This document shows positions 9,229 through 17,816 of a DNA stretch of 41,659 bases, in pieces (the stretch's first letter is position 1; each line of letters starts with the position of its first letter). The position numbers were made by a program, and so were the translations under genes. This DNA is from a virus (taxonomy: Duplodnaviria; Heunggongvirae; Uroviricota; Caudoviricetes). Below the pieces are notes generated by a model that made no database searches, was not told the origin of the DNA, and saw nothing but the letters and a program-made list of their open reading frames with translations. The stretch spans positions 144,312 through 185,970 of the IMG/VR virus record IMGVR_UViG_3300013307_000018; one strand, 5' to 3'.

Positions 9229-10404
9229 TTAAGTATCGCTGACCGCGTATTGCGCGAACGCAGAACGCACAGAAGTGCCGTAGTACTGTTGTACCAATGC
9301 GCGCCCGATAACATTCGACACGCTGGCTGCCGTGAGTTCTTTGGTGGCGTATTGAATATTGAGGCTGCGCAGTGAGGTAGGGTAGTACTGTTGTACAAGC
9401 GTGCGACCAAACACCCCGGAGACACTGGCCACTGAGATATCTTTGGTGGCCATTTGCGCAAACAAACTACGCAGGCTAACAAAGTCCGTTCCAGATTTCC
9501 ACAGTACGTGGGTTTGTGTGGTCCCTGTGAGGTTCAGTGACGTCTCTTTCACCGTAATCGGAACAGTAACGTCCTGACCGGTTGACCCGTAATCCACCAC
9601 GTCATCCACAATTTGTTCTGGCAGAACTTTATCCAGAACTTGTGGGAAGAACGCCTGGATGTAACTGAGTGTTGTGCCTTTGTACGGCGCGGTGCTGTAG
9701 ATATACAGGTCCGGGAACAAATCCACAATACTGTCACGGTTGAAATACAGATCCAACGTACCGGTGTATCCGTATTCCGGTTTGCCGGTAAAGGTCACCA
9801 CCGAGTTACCGAACGGTGAATTACTGTTACGTAACGCTCCCCAACTCACGGATTGCTTTTCCACAAACCGGCGGTTGATGGCGTTCGCCAACCCAATCAA
9901 ATCCCCGATACCGGCTAAGACACCGGTTCGTACCAATGCCTGGTTCATCCAGACCGAGGCGAGTTCAATCGGTTTACGAGCATGGAGGGTAATGACTTTC
10001 GAGCCCGTGCAGAGATTACTGCCGGGTTTCGCCGTCAGGGTGACAGTAATATCCCCGTTGGTGAAATCCAGTGGCTGGTTCTCCACGTCGTTCTCGGTTA
10101 ACACCACCCCCGTGATTTGCCCGATGCGCAACAATGCTTCATGCAACGTCGGCGCTTTGGGAATACGAATGATAGCTGGCCAGAATTGAGACAACTCCGC
10201 CAAAGTACGGCGGTGATAGCGGACCTGGGTTTTGCCTCGGTCAGCCAGTTCCCCCGTGGGCGTGCCTTTGATGTTACTGACACCAAACGTCGGGTCAGCC
10301 GTAGGGGTAAACCCACCCATCAACACATCCTGCGGGAGTACACTCGCCCCGTTAATCAGGTTGAGTTGTTTGACCACGGCCGCTTTATAAGGAATAGAAG
10401 GCAT
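9229..10404 (-). CDS. Fibre paralog-family adaptor: two family domains plus C-terminal 34-aa repeats
   Basis: Two copies of the family domain (VRYHRRTLAEL...; LDLYFNRDSIVDLF...), then SLRSLxxQxATK...VSxVxGRxLVQQYY repeats. Confidence 0.7.
   Translation of the reverse strand: MPSIPYKAAVVKQLNLINGASVLPQDVLMGGFTPTADPTFGVSNIKGTPTGELADRGKTQVRYHRRTLAELSQFWPAIIRIPKAPTLHEALLRIGQITGVVLTENDVENQPLDFTNGDITVTLTAKPGSNLCTGSKVITLHARKPIELASVWMNQALVRTGVLAGIGDLIGLANAINRRFVEKQSVSWGALRNSNSPFGNSVVTFTGKPEYGYTGTLDLYFNRDSIVDLFPDLYIYSTAPYKGTTLSYIQAFFPQVLDKVLPEQIVDDVVDYGSTGQDVTVPITVKETSLNLTGTTQTHVLWKSGTDFVSLRSLFAQMATKDISVASVSGVFGRTLVQQYYPTSLRSLNIQYATKELTAASVSNVIGRALVQQYYGTSVRSAFAQYAVSDT
9235..9480 (-). repeat. Tandem ~102-bp (34-aa) imperfect repeat, about 2.4 copies
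   Basis: SLRSLFAQMATKDISVASVSGVFGRTLVQQYYPT / SLRSLNIQYATKELTAASVSNVIGRALVQQYYGT / SVRSAFAQYAVSDT. The DNA string gtagtactgttgtac occurs twice. Confidence 0.85.
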
Positions 10405-10413
10405 GGTGGTTCC

Positions 10414-11565
10414 TTAGGTGTTAGGTTTACTGCCCACAGCAACCGCGTATTTAACGACTTCTTCCGGTGTCCAATTGCCTCCGGCATACGGCGCTGATAA
10501 GCACAGGAAATCACGACGTGGTACTTCGGTAGCCACCACTGAATAGTCCGGTGACGTTTTGGTGCCGTCGGTGAAAGCAAACACCGGCTGGGCGGCAGCA
10601 TCGTACTGCTTGAACGTCAGCAAGTCCATCTGAAACGCTTTGATGCTGTATTCGTTGGCATTCAACACCGGCTTTTTAAAGTGGAACTTGCCTTTTGCCC
10701 CACCGCTATCCAGCGATACACTCACCACAGGGATGGTACTTACGTTCGTCCCGGTATTCACTGCTGTTGCTGCATCCGCAGCACCGACGGCTTTCATGTC
10801 CCCAACCAGGTCTACCGTATCAACTGCCACCGTACGTACCCGAATCGGGCCCAGTCGTCCAGTGGGATTTGGGTCACCTGCTTTATCAATGACGAAATAG
10901 ACATGTGACACACCCAGTGAGTAACTAGAGCTGTTGGTGTATGATGAACTCAGTGGTGGCAACTGCATCCCGGTTGCCCAGTACTGGGCGGTTTGTGGAT
11001 TACCAAAGTACGCGATGGGCGTGGTGGCGAATGTCGTGGAAGCAATCAGTACCCCGTCGACATACCCCTTCACGGTTTTGGCGACCCAATCAATTTCAAA
11101 CTCCAGGTAATACGTCCCACTGCTAAAGTTTGCGGCGGTGTTTGTCGTACTGGCGTTAGCAATCACCGGGATGTTTTTGGTGGCGTCATCCATATCCCCC
11201 ACCATCGCCCATGCCGTATTCGCGCTGACGTTAAGTACCGGGGAGACACACATGCCGAAATACCATTTCCCGGTTTTATCCAGACCGGCAGCACTGAATG
11301 GTGGACCGTACAGATACTGCGCGGGCACCCCGCTGGCCTGTGTGCTTGACCACGGTAAGCAATAAACGGTCTGGTTACCATCTGGGTCGGCACGCGGCCG
11401 AAAATCCATGCGATTGTAAGCAGTGCCCACATACTGCATCAGTGAAATGTCTTTGTCGTTTACGGGTGAGCGCATCAGCCACGGGAACGACGCGGCGAAA
11501 GGCGCATCGGTGGTGAGGCTTTGCAACACCATATTGTCGAAGCCAATCATTGCTACAACGGCCAT
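10414..11565 (-). CDS. Putative lectin-like (beta-sandwich) receptor-binding protein, paralog 2
   Basis: MAVVAMIGFDN, KTGKWYFG, YYLEFEIDWVAKTVKGYVDGVL and GRLGPI. Clear paralog of 8082-9212. Confidence 0.6.
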   Translation of the reverse strand: MAVVAMIGFDNMVLQSLTTDAPFAASFPWLMRSPVNDKDISLMQYVGTAYNRMDFRPRADPDGNQTVYCLPWSSTQASGVPAQYLYGPPFSAAGLDKTGKWYFGMCVSPVLNVSANTAWAMVGDMDDATKNIPVIANASTTNTAANFSSGTYYLEFEIDWVAKTVKGYVDGVLIASTTFATTPIAYFGNPQTAQYWATGMQLPPLSSSYTNSSSYSLGVSHVYFVIDKAGDPNPTGRLGPIRVRTVAVDTVDLVGDMKAVGAADAATAVNTGTNVSTIPVVSVSLDSGGAKGKFHFKKPVLNANEYSIKAFQMDLLTFKQYDAAAQPVFAFTDGTKTSPDYSVVATEVPRRDFLCLSAPYAGGNWTPEEVVKYAVAVGSKPNT

Positions 11566-11592
11566 ATATCAGACCTCTTATTCAATATGAAC

Positions 11593-11626
11593 AAAATAAA
11601 AACGCCCCGTAAGGAGCATTTTTATT
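11593..11626 (-). terminator. Intrinsic terminator
   Basis: Minus strand ATGCTCC-TTAC-GGGGCGT followed by TTTTATTTT. Confidence 0.7.
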
Positions 11627-11628
11627 CA

Positions 11629-12525
11629 TTATTTTGTCGGGGGTTCTAACCCAGGCAGTTGCGTAACCGATACCAGGTCTTCGGTGGCCATCTTCGTGAT
11701 TTTATCAACATGCAAATAAATCGGCGAATACTGGTTGCCATAAACCGCAGGGGGTGATAGCAGCGCCACCCGACGATAACTCGGGTTGCTGTCCTGCAGG
11801 ACATCCGGCGTGGTAAAGGATAACGTAAAGCCCGACAGGTCATACGGGTCACTGCCCGGCACCAACGTGGACCCCAACGTCAATGGCATTGCGAGCTTGG
11901 CTTTTAAGGCCGCTACAATCGCCACAGCGGTACTGGAGGCCAACGAGAACCCAACGGTAGTGTCATGGGCTTGCAGCGTCGTGAGGATGTCACTGAAGTC
12001 CATCTGGAACGCTTTGAGCATCACATCCGGTAATGACACCGCCGTCAAATCACGTTGTGGGTAATACTCGGTGATTTGTTTGATGCCCCGCGTCCAGACA
12101 CAGTTAATGGTGCCCTCGTAGACAAACGACTTGTCAGTACCCACCGCAATGGTGATGTTACCTGAAGTCGCACTCGCCCCAATTGCAAAGCTCACCATCT
12201 CCGAGGCATCGAGGGTTAACCCATAACGCTCATTGATAGGAACAATCAAATCCAGGGATGTCGTGGCCACAAACTTCTGAATCAGGCACGTGGTATTACT
12301 GAACAACGTTGCGATATGGATACGACGGTAGGTAAACGCCCGCACCCCGGTAAACCCCGCACCCCGAATCCCACGCAACACCACTTTAACCATACTGTTC
12401 CCGATAGACACCGGCAACCCCACAAACTCGACGTTCACTCCCAGTACCGCCCCGGCTAACCCGGGGTTCTCCTGGATGAGTAAGTCCATCACCATTTGTT
12501 TCTGTGGTTTATTAAACAAGGCCAT
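11629..12525 (-). CDS. Virion fibre paralog-family protein with an extra C-terminal docking-like motif
   Basis: Family motifs FTYRRIHIATLF, INERYGLTL and PIYLH. Extra tail ATEDLVSVTQLPGLEPP. Confidence 0.75.
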   Translation of the reverse strand: MALFNKPQKQMVMDLLIQENPGLAGAVLGVNVEFVGLPVSIGNSMVKVVLRGIRGAGFTGVRAFTYRRIHIATLFSNTTCLIQKFVATTSLDLIVPINERYGLTLDASEMVSFAIGASATSGNITIAVGTDKSFVYEGTINCVWTRGIKQITEYYPQRDLTAVSLPDVMLKAFQMDFSDILTTLQAHDTTVGFSLASSTAVAIVAALKAKLAMPLTLGSTLVPGSDPYDLSGFTLSFTTPDVLQDSNPSYRRVALLSPPAVYGNQYSPIYLHVDKITKMATEDLVSVTQLPGLEPPTK

Positions 12526-12537
12526 TTAACACCTCGC

Positions 12538-13356
12538 TTAATTCATGTAGTGGTAATAGGCAACACCCACCACATTGCTGTTGTCGATACCGGTTTGCAC
12601 CACCACGCGGTCAAACGCTTTGTTGGCGTTACTCACCGCTGAGGTTGGTTGGTCTACCACGTAGTTACTGTTGAGTGGGGCGTCCCACTGCGGTAACCCA
12701 AACGTCGTGGTCATCACGTGTGACAAATCCGCAAAGCTCGGCATCCCCACCCCGGTGACAGACAGGAAGTTTTTAAACTCCGTGAAGTCCAACCCGATAG
12801 TGAGCATCTGGGCCGATTTGCGTTTGGTGTCCGTGACCGGGTGCTGGTAGGCATTCAGGTTGCGGTTGACCACAAACAAATCAAGCTTCGGTAAACCACG
12901 GTAGTAATACAGCGAGATGGAACTGGTTGTCAGCAACGGAGAATTTGCGTTCCCGCGAATGCTGGTTGACGCCGAGTAGTTCGCAGAGTTTACCCCACCA
13001 AACGCCGGGTTCGTCACATCCGCCTGTGTCAGCTTCAGACCATACCGGGTGTTGAACGCATCCAGCGTGTCAAAGAACTGTGTGGCACTGAAAGAATCTA
13101 CCCTGGCCTGAACCCCACTGAACAGCGTCGACAGACTCAGTCGGTTGTAATACACCGTTTTGTTACCGGTATAACCGGCACCCGCTAAGCCACGAATACG
13201 GGCTGAGGTGTTGTACTGCACCCCATCGATGGTGATGTTTACTGCCGTGATGGCTTCAATCGCGGTGTTGGTTTCTGAATACGGTATCTCGGACGGGTTC
13301 GCCTGGTTAATGAGGTCGAACACCATCTGCTTACCAGTTTTGGTATATAAAGGCAT
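12538..13356 (-). CDS. Virion fibre paralog-family protein
   Basis: YYNRLSLSTLF, FNTRYGLKL, linker LDLFVVNRNLNAYQHP and terminal GVAYYHY. Confidence 0.78.
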   Translation of the reverse strand: MPLYTKTGKQMVFDLINQANPSEIPYSETNTAIEAITAVNITIDGVQYNTSARIRGLAGAGYTGNKTVYYNRLSLSTLFSGVQARVDSFSATQFFDTLDAFNTRYGLKLTQADVTNPAFGGVNSANYSASTSIRGNANSPLLTTSSISLYYYRGLPKLDLFVVNRNLNAYQHPVTDTKRKSAQMLTIGLDFTEFKNFLSVTGVGMPSFADLSHVMTTTFGLPQWDAPLNSNYVVDQPTSAVSNANKAFDRVVVQTGIDNSNVVGVAYYHYMN

Positions 13357-13370
13357 GGGTTACGTCCTCA

Positions 13371-14276
13371 TTAAGTAACGGCGTTCGGGTCTTCCGGGTC
13401 ATTGTAGTGCAAATAAAGCAGACCCACGAACAACGTGTTATACACCGTAGTGGGTACTCCGTTGTTGCCTGTACCGTCAGGGAGTTGAATCATCGTTACG
13501 TATTTGTAGTTCTGATTCGTGGCGAACTCTGGTTTGTTCAGTCCAGCATACACCACTTTACCCATGTAGATATTGCGTTGTGCTGCCGAGGTTTGAGACG
13601 CCCAGCCATTGACATCCAGTGCAGTCATGGCTGCCGCCAGTTTCGCCGCTGAGGTATCAGCAGCGGTACCGTTTAATACGGTGTCTTTTGGCAAGCTGTC
13701 TAACAGGGTTTTGTACGGGGTGAAATCAAACCCATACAGTGCCAGCGGACCTTGAGACTTCGCCGTTTGACCGGTTGGGTAGTTCAGCCCATCAAGGGTG
13801 GTGTCCGTCAGGGCGAAGTCCACAATCGCATCGCCTTTCACCAACGTTAATGGATACGTGCCCACCCACCCGTATGACGCTGCTTTCGCCCGCACGGTGA
13901 TTTGTGCACCGCCGTTCTCGTCAAGGGTAATCGGGTCGTTTTCCACATCGTCTGTGGTGAGGACCATCCCGTAGAAATAGTTGAAGTAGTTAAGCAGGTC
14001 ATGTACCTGGGTAACTTTCGCTACCTTCAGGGTACTGCCTACCAGGGTTGCCAAATCTTTCAGGTCCAGACGGGTGTAGTTGACCACCACGGTACCGGAC
14101 CAGGTACTGCCATTTCCCGTCAGGCGGACAGACGAGTTCTTTCCAGACGCCGCAAGAACATCCGCTGAGGCTACAGACACTGCACCGAAGTTCACGTCCG
14201 TCAGCTTGAGGGCTGTGGCGTTGGCAGTGTTCGTGGCATCAATGATGCTCTGCTTGGGATCGACATAAAGGCTCAT
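13371..14276 (-). CDS. Virion fibre paralog-family protein
   Basis: NYTRLDL, SYGWVG, linker VDFALTDTTLDGLNYP, KSQGPL and terminal GLLYLHYN. Confidence 0.78.
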   Translation of the reverse strand: MSLYVDPKQSIIDATNTANATALKLTDVNFGAVSVASADVLAASGKNSSVRLTGNGSTWSGTVVVNYTRLDLKDLATLVGSTLKVAKVTQVHDLLNYFNYFYGMVLTTDDVENDPITLDENGGAQITVRAKAASYGWVGTYPLTLVKGDAIVDFALTDTTLDGLNYPTGQTAKSQGPLALYGFDFTPYKTLLDSLPKDTVLNGTAADTSAAKLAAAMTALDVNGWASQTSAAQRNIYMGKVVYAGLNKPEFATNQNYKYVTMIQLPDGTGNNGVPTTVYNTLFVGLLYLHYNDPEDPNAVT

Positions 14277-14285
14277 AGCCTATCC

Positions 14286-15110
14286 TCATAACAAATTGTA
14301 GTGTAAATAAATCGGGCCTTTGATGTTGTTGTCCACGATATCGCTGATAACCGTTACCTTTTGGTATCCCGGTCGTGCAGCAGCAACCACACCTTGTGCA
14401 TACGTTGCGATAGACGCTTTCGAATAATCGAAATTCGGGAAGCCGCGTCCGACTAACGTGGCAACTAACGCCGCACTGTTACCTGACGTGAAATTGGGAC
14501 CGGTCCCCATGGGGCCGTCCTTCATCGCCGTGAGCATGTTGAACTCATCGGTGAGGTCAAGACCAAAACTCAACATCGAAGCAGACCGTAATCCAGACTG
14601 AACATCAGCCGAACTCAGCGGGTGCCGGTAAGTATTGAGGTTACGTTCGTAGATGACATCGTTCAGTCGGTATCCGACGTTCACATACCGGGCGTTGGCG
14701 GTACCGACGTACTGCAGTGACTTAGGGTTTGCTACAACCGGAAAGTTGAGCTTGTCATAGAAACTGCGGTTGTTGAGGTCATCTGCGGTAAAGTTTAAGC
14801 CGTAACGGGCGTTGATGTTAGCCAACCCCTGAAGCACAGTACTGATAGCAGGCGCATCAAACGTCATCGTGAAGTTCTTGAACAACAAGGCCAAATCCAG
14901 GCGCTTGTAGCGAAACGTCACGCTGCCGATGTAACCGCGAAACTGAATACCCGACACCACGATTTCCGTGTTGTAGCCTTCAGGTGTGGTCGCAATCACC
15001 ACCGGGGAACCGACCTTACAGTTGTTCTCCGTAAGGGGGTACGGTGCTGCGTTGGCACGGTTCATCTCGTCTAACAACAACGCCTTGGGTGACTTGCTGT
15101 AAATAGCCAT
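14286..15110 (-). CDS. Virion fibre paralog-family protein
   Basis: ATG at 15110 (MAIYSKS) with GGAG SD. RYKRLDLALLF, INARYGL, linker LNDVIYERNLNTYRHP and terminal GPIYLHYN. Confidence 0.78.
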   Translation of the reverse strand: MAIYSKSPKALLLDEMNRANAAPYPLTENNCKVGSPVVIATTPEGYNTEIVVSGIQFRGYIGSVTFRYKRLDLALLFKNFTMTFDAPAISTVLQGLANINARYGLNFTADDLNNRSFYDKLNFPVVANPKSLQYVGTANARYVNVGYRLNDVIYERNLNTYRHPLSSADVQSGLRSASMLSFGLDLTDEFNMLTAMKDGPMGTGPNFTSGNSAALVATLVGRGFPNFDYSKASIATYAQGVVAAARPGYQKVTVISDIVDNNIKGPIYLHYNLL

Positions 15111-15136
15111 AGTGACTCCAAAAACGTTTATGGGAA

Positions 15137-15166
15137 AGAGTGGGCCGAGACCCACTCTCTATGCCG
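15137..15166 (-). terminator. Hairpin (terminator or processing site) inside the paralog array
   Basis: Minus strand CGGCATA-G-AGAGTGGG-TCTCGG-CCCACTCT-TT immediately after the 15170 stop. Confidence 0.6.
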
Positions 15167-15169
15167 CTA

Positions 15170-16063
15170 TCAGCTTGCGTTGTAACCCAGCGTCAGCACA
15201 CCACCCATGTTGGCGCACAGCGTGTCGTCGAGCTTGAACTGCACGATACGGTTGAACTTTTTGTTGGTGTCGCGTGGGTCGCCATTGGCATCCACGGCAT
15301 CGTTGACACCGGTGTAGACCACTTCCGCACTGGCGGTGTTGTAGTCTTTCGCTTCGTCGGCATCAAACACCCACACTTCCGGCACGATTTTGTTGAGTTC
15401 CACGGCCAATGAGTTATCGGCGATAACGTCGTTAAGCGCGCGGGCATCCAGCCATGCGGAGATGCTGTTGGCATCCACACCCCAGCTGTATTCACGGGCC
15501 TGGGCTTTGCTGGTATCAGCATTCGGATACAGCAGGCCGTTCAGGTTGGTGGTCAGAATCACCGTGTTCAGACGCTCACCGACTTCTGGGTCTGGACCCA
15601 CGGTCAGGGTCAGTTCACCGACGTAGGCCAGGGAGCCCGCAGCCGCTTTGATGGTTGTCGTCCACGGCGACGCACCTGTGGTATCGACAGGACCGTCCAC
15701 GATATCGCTTTCTTCAAGACCCATCCCGAAACGGGCATTGAGTGCCGGTAGCAGGCCTTTGATATCGGTCGGCTTAATTGGGTCGCCATTGCCATCTTCA
15801 CCCAAATCAAGGTTCACGGTGATTTTGGAGAACAGCAGCCCTAAGTCCAGACGGTTATAGGTAATGTCAACATTACCAATGTAACCACTGCCTTTAACCG
15901 ACAGCACACGGGCGCCGGTGTTGTGGTTGTTCGGGTCATCCGTCAGCGCAGTGGGATTGATGACGTTGATTTTGGTATCGTTCAGCGTGGTTTGGTTGGC
16001 CGCATTGATGAGGTCAATTACCAGGTCTAACGACGGTTTTGTCAAAATAGAGATGTCAGCCAT
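15170..16063 (-). CDS. Virion fibre paralog-family protein (possibly the most abundant member)
   Basis: YNRLDLGLLF, LNARFGM, SLAYVG, linker LNTVILTTNLNGLLYP and terminal GVLTLGYN. Followed by tandem stops and a hairpin. Confidence 0.8.
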   Translation of the reverse strand: MADISILTKPSLDLVIDLINAANQTTLNDTKINVINPTALTDDPNNHNTGARVLSVKGSGYIGNVDITYNRLDLGLLFSKITVNLDLGEDGNGDPIKPTDIKGLLPALNARFGMGLEESDIVDGPVDTTGASPWTTTIKAAAGSLAYVGELTLTVGPDPEVGERLNTVILTTNLNGLLYPNADTSKAQAREYSWGVDANSISAWLDARALNDVIADNSLAVELNKIVPEVWVFDADEAKDYNTASAEVVYTGVNDAVDANGDPRDTNKKFNRIVQFKLDDTLCANMGGVLTLGYNAS

Positions 16064-16081
16064 TTACAAGCTCCGGGAAAG

Positions 16082-16912
16082 TTAGGCGTTGTATTGCAGG
16101 TAGAGGTACCCGCCAAGTTTCAAACTGAATAAGGACAGACTGAGTACAAGAATCCGACTGTAGTTTTTGTTACCGGGATAAAGACTGTTGGTGTTCAGCC
16201 CGTTATACAAAAACTCTGCTTCTTTCAGGTTATAGTCCGCTGGGTTACGTCCTACTTGCCAGTCGTCACCGGTGACCGTTTTGAGTATCTGGGCCAGGCG
16301 CGTCAGGTCAAGGTTCTGGGTAGTAACCGTTTTGAGGTACGTACCATAATCTGAAAAGTCAAACCGGTAGGAGTAGACCTGGGCTTGTCCTAATTTGGTG
16401 TTGAAGTACGGGTAAAGGAAACTGTTGGTCAATCGCGTGGTAGCAAACGCATCACTGATGACCACGTCTCCCGGGGTAATAATGGCGGTGATTTCACCTA
16501 ACCATCCCAGGGATTCAGGTGCGGCTTTAATCAACACCCGACTGTTTACCCAGTCAATATCCGTGCGAACAATGTCGTCCACGCTGATATCCATCCCACA
16601 GAACTGCTTGATTTGTGCCAGCAAGTCATGAGACGTATTCGACAAATCCCCTGCAGGAAACCGCATGGGGTTGATGCCATCGAACTCCGTGAACACCGTG
16701 GTAAACGGTACCCGGTGATACTTCAGATTCATCGCCCCGCGAGCAGGCGCTTTCTGCGTCATGGTCATACGCACTTGCGTGTTATTCCCCTGAGCGTCAG
16801 TCTCGGGCAACGCCACCGGTAACCCAAACACGACGTCATCGTCTTGCAGGGCCAGTTGGGCAGTTGCGTTCACCGTGTCGATGAGATACTGACGTGCTGA
16901 TTTAATAAGCAT
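16082..16912 (-). CDS. Virion fibre paralog-family protein
   Basis: YHRVPF, SLGWLG, linker ISDAFATTRLTNSFLYP and terminal GYLYLQYN. Confidence 0.78.
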   Translation of the reverse strand: MLIKSARQYLIDTVNATAQLALQDDDVVFGLPVALPETDAQGNNTQVRMTMTQKAPARGAMNLKYHRVPFTTVFTEFDGINPMRFPAGDLSNTSHDLLAQIKQFCGMDISVDDIVRTDIDWVNSRVLIKAAPESLGWLGEITAIITPGDVVISDAFATTRLTNSFLYPYFNTKLGQAQVYSYRFDFSDYGTYLKTVTTQNLDLTRLAQILKTVTGDDWQVGRNPADYNLKEAEFLYNGLNTNSLYPGNKNYSRILVLSLSLFSLKLGGYLYLQYNA

Positions 16913-16913
16913 G

Positions 16914-17771
16914 TCACGTCCCCGACTGGTTAAAATGAAAGATAAGCTTACCGGTGTAGTTGGAGGCGGCGTCCAGCACTAACGTGTTGACGAACTCAAA
17001 GTTCTCGCTGTCATACTCGTCACTGGATTCTGCCCGCACTACCCCGCCCCATACGGCGTTGGCCAAAGAAACTTCTCCGTCCCCGACCGCATCCCCGGTA
17101 GCCAGGGTGTAACGTGTCGTGGTGACTGTGGTGATTTGGTCGAACTGATCTTGCGTTAACGTTTTCCCGGCATTCGCCGCTGCATTCGTTAACGTGGCAT
17201 AAATCGCCGTCCAGTCGTAACCGTATGCCAGGTATTCTGCACGGGGTTTAGTCGTGTAGGTCATATCCGGGTTAATGGCGTCGATGGTGCTGTTCGTTAC
17301 CAAATCGCTGATGTACGGCAATGTTTTTGCAAAGCGCACAGGTAAGCTACCTAACCAGGCCCAGTTGGTTGACTTCATCTCGATTGTGACAATCGCTGAT
17401 TCGGTCCCAGGCGCAATGGGTTGGTCCACAATGTCACCGACCTCCCATGCCAGACCGTAGAGGTCGTTCAGCAGGGGGAGGAGGTCGGAGTGTTTAGTTG
17501 GGCTTGGGTTAGCAATCACCAACGGGGTCAGACCCCTGAACATGTAGTCCAGGCGATAGCGCTGGTAGCTCAACTGGACGCTACCGTGATACCCTTTTCC
17601 ATACAGTCCGTAAACGGTGGAATAGGTGTTATAAAACGCCGTGTCTGCCCCGGTGGGAATGGGTAGGCCCATGCCAATTTGGTCAAGCGTAAGGGGGTTT
17701 GCCGTCAAGCCGTTATCACGATTAATAGCGTCCAGCAGCATCTGCTGAGACTTTCGTGCAATAGTTGCCAT
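16914..17771 (-). CDS. Virion fibre paralog-family protein
   Basis: YQRYRLDYMF, LNDLYGL, WAWLG, linker ISDLVTNSTIDAINP and terminal GKLIFHFN. Confidence 0.78.
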   Translation of the reverse strand: MATIARKSQQMLLDAINRDNGLTANPLTLDQIGMGLPIPTGADTAFYNTYSTVYGLYGKGYHGSVQLSYQRYRLDYMFRGLTPLVIANPSPTKHSDLLPLLNDLYGLAWEVGDIVDQPIAPGTESAIVTIEMKSTNWAWLGSLPVRFAKTLPYISDLVTNSTIDAINPDMTYTTKPRAEYLAYGYDWTAIYATLTNAAANAGKTLTQDQFDQITTVTTTRYTLATGDAVGDGEVSLANAVWGGVVRAESSDEYDSENFEFVNTLVLDAASNYTGKLIFHFNQSGT

Positions 17772-17816
17772 GTCGAACCCTTATGAATGAAGTCCCGCAT
17801 ACCATACCCTATAAAA

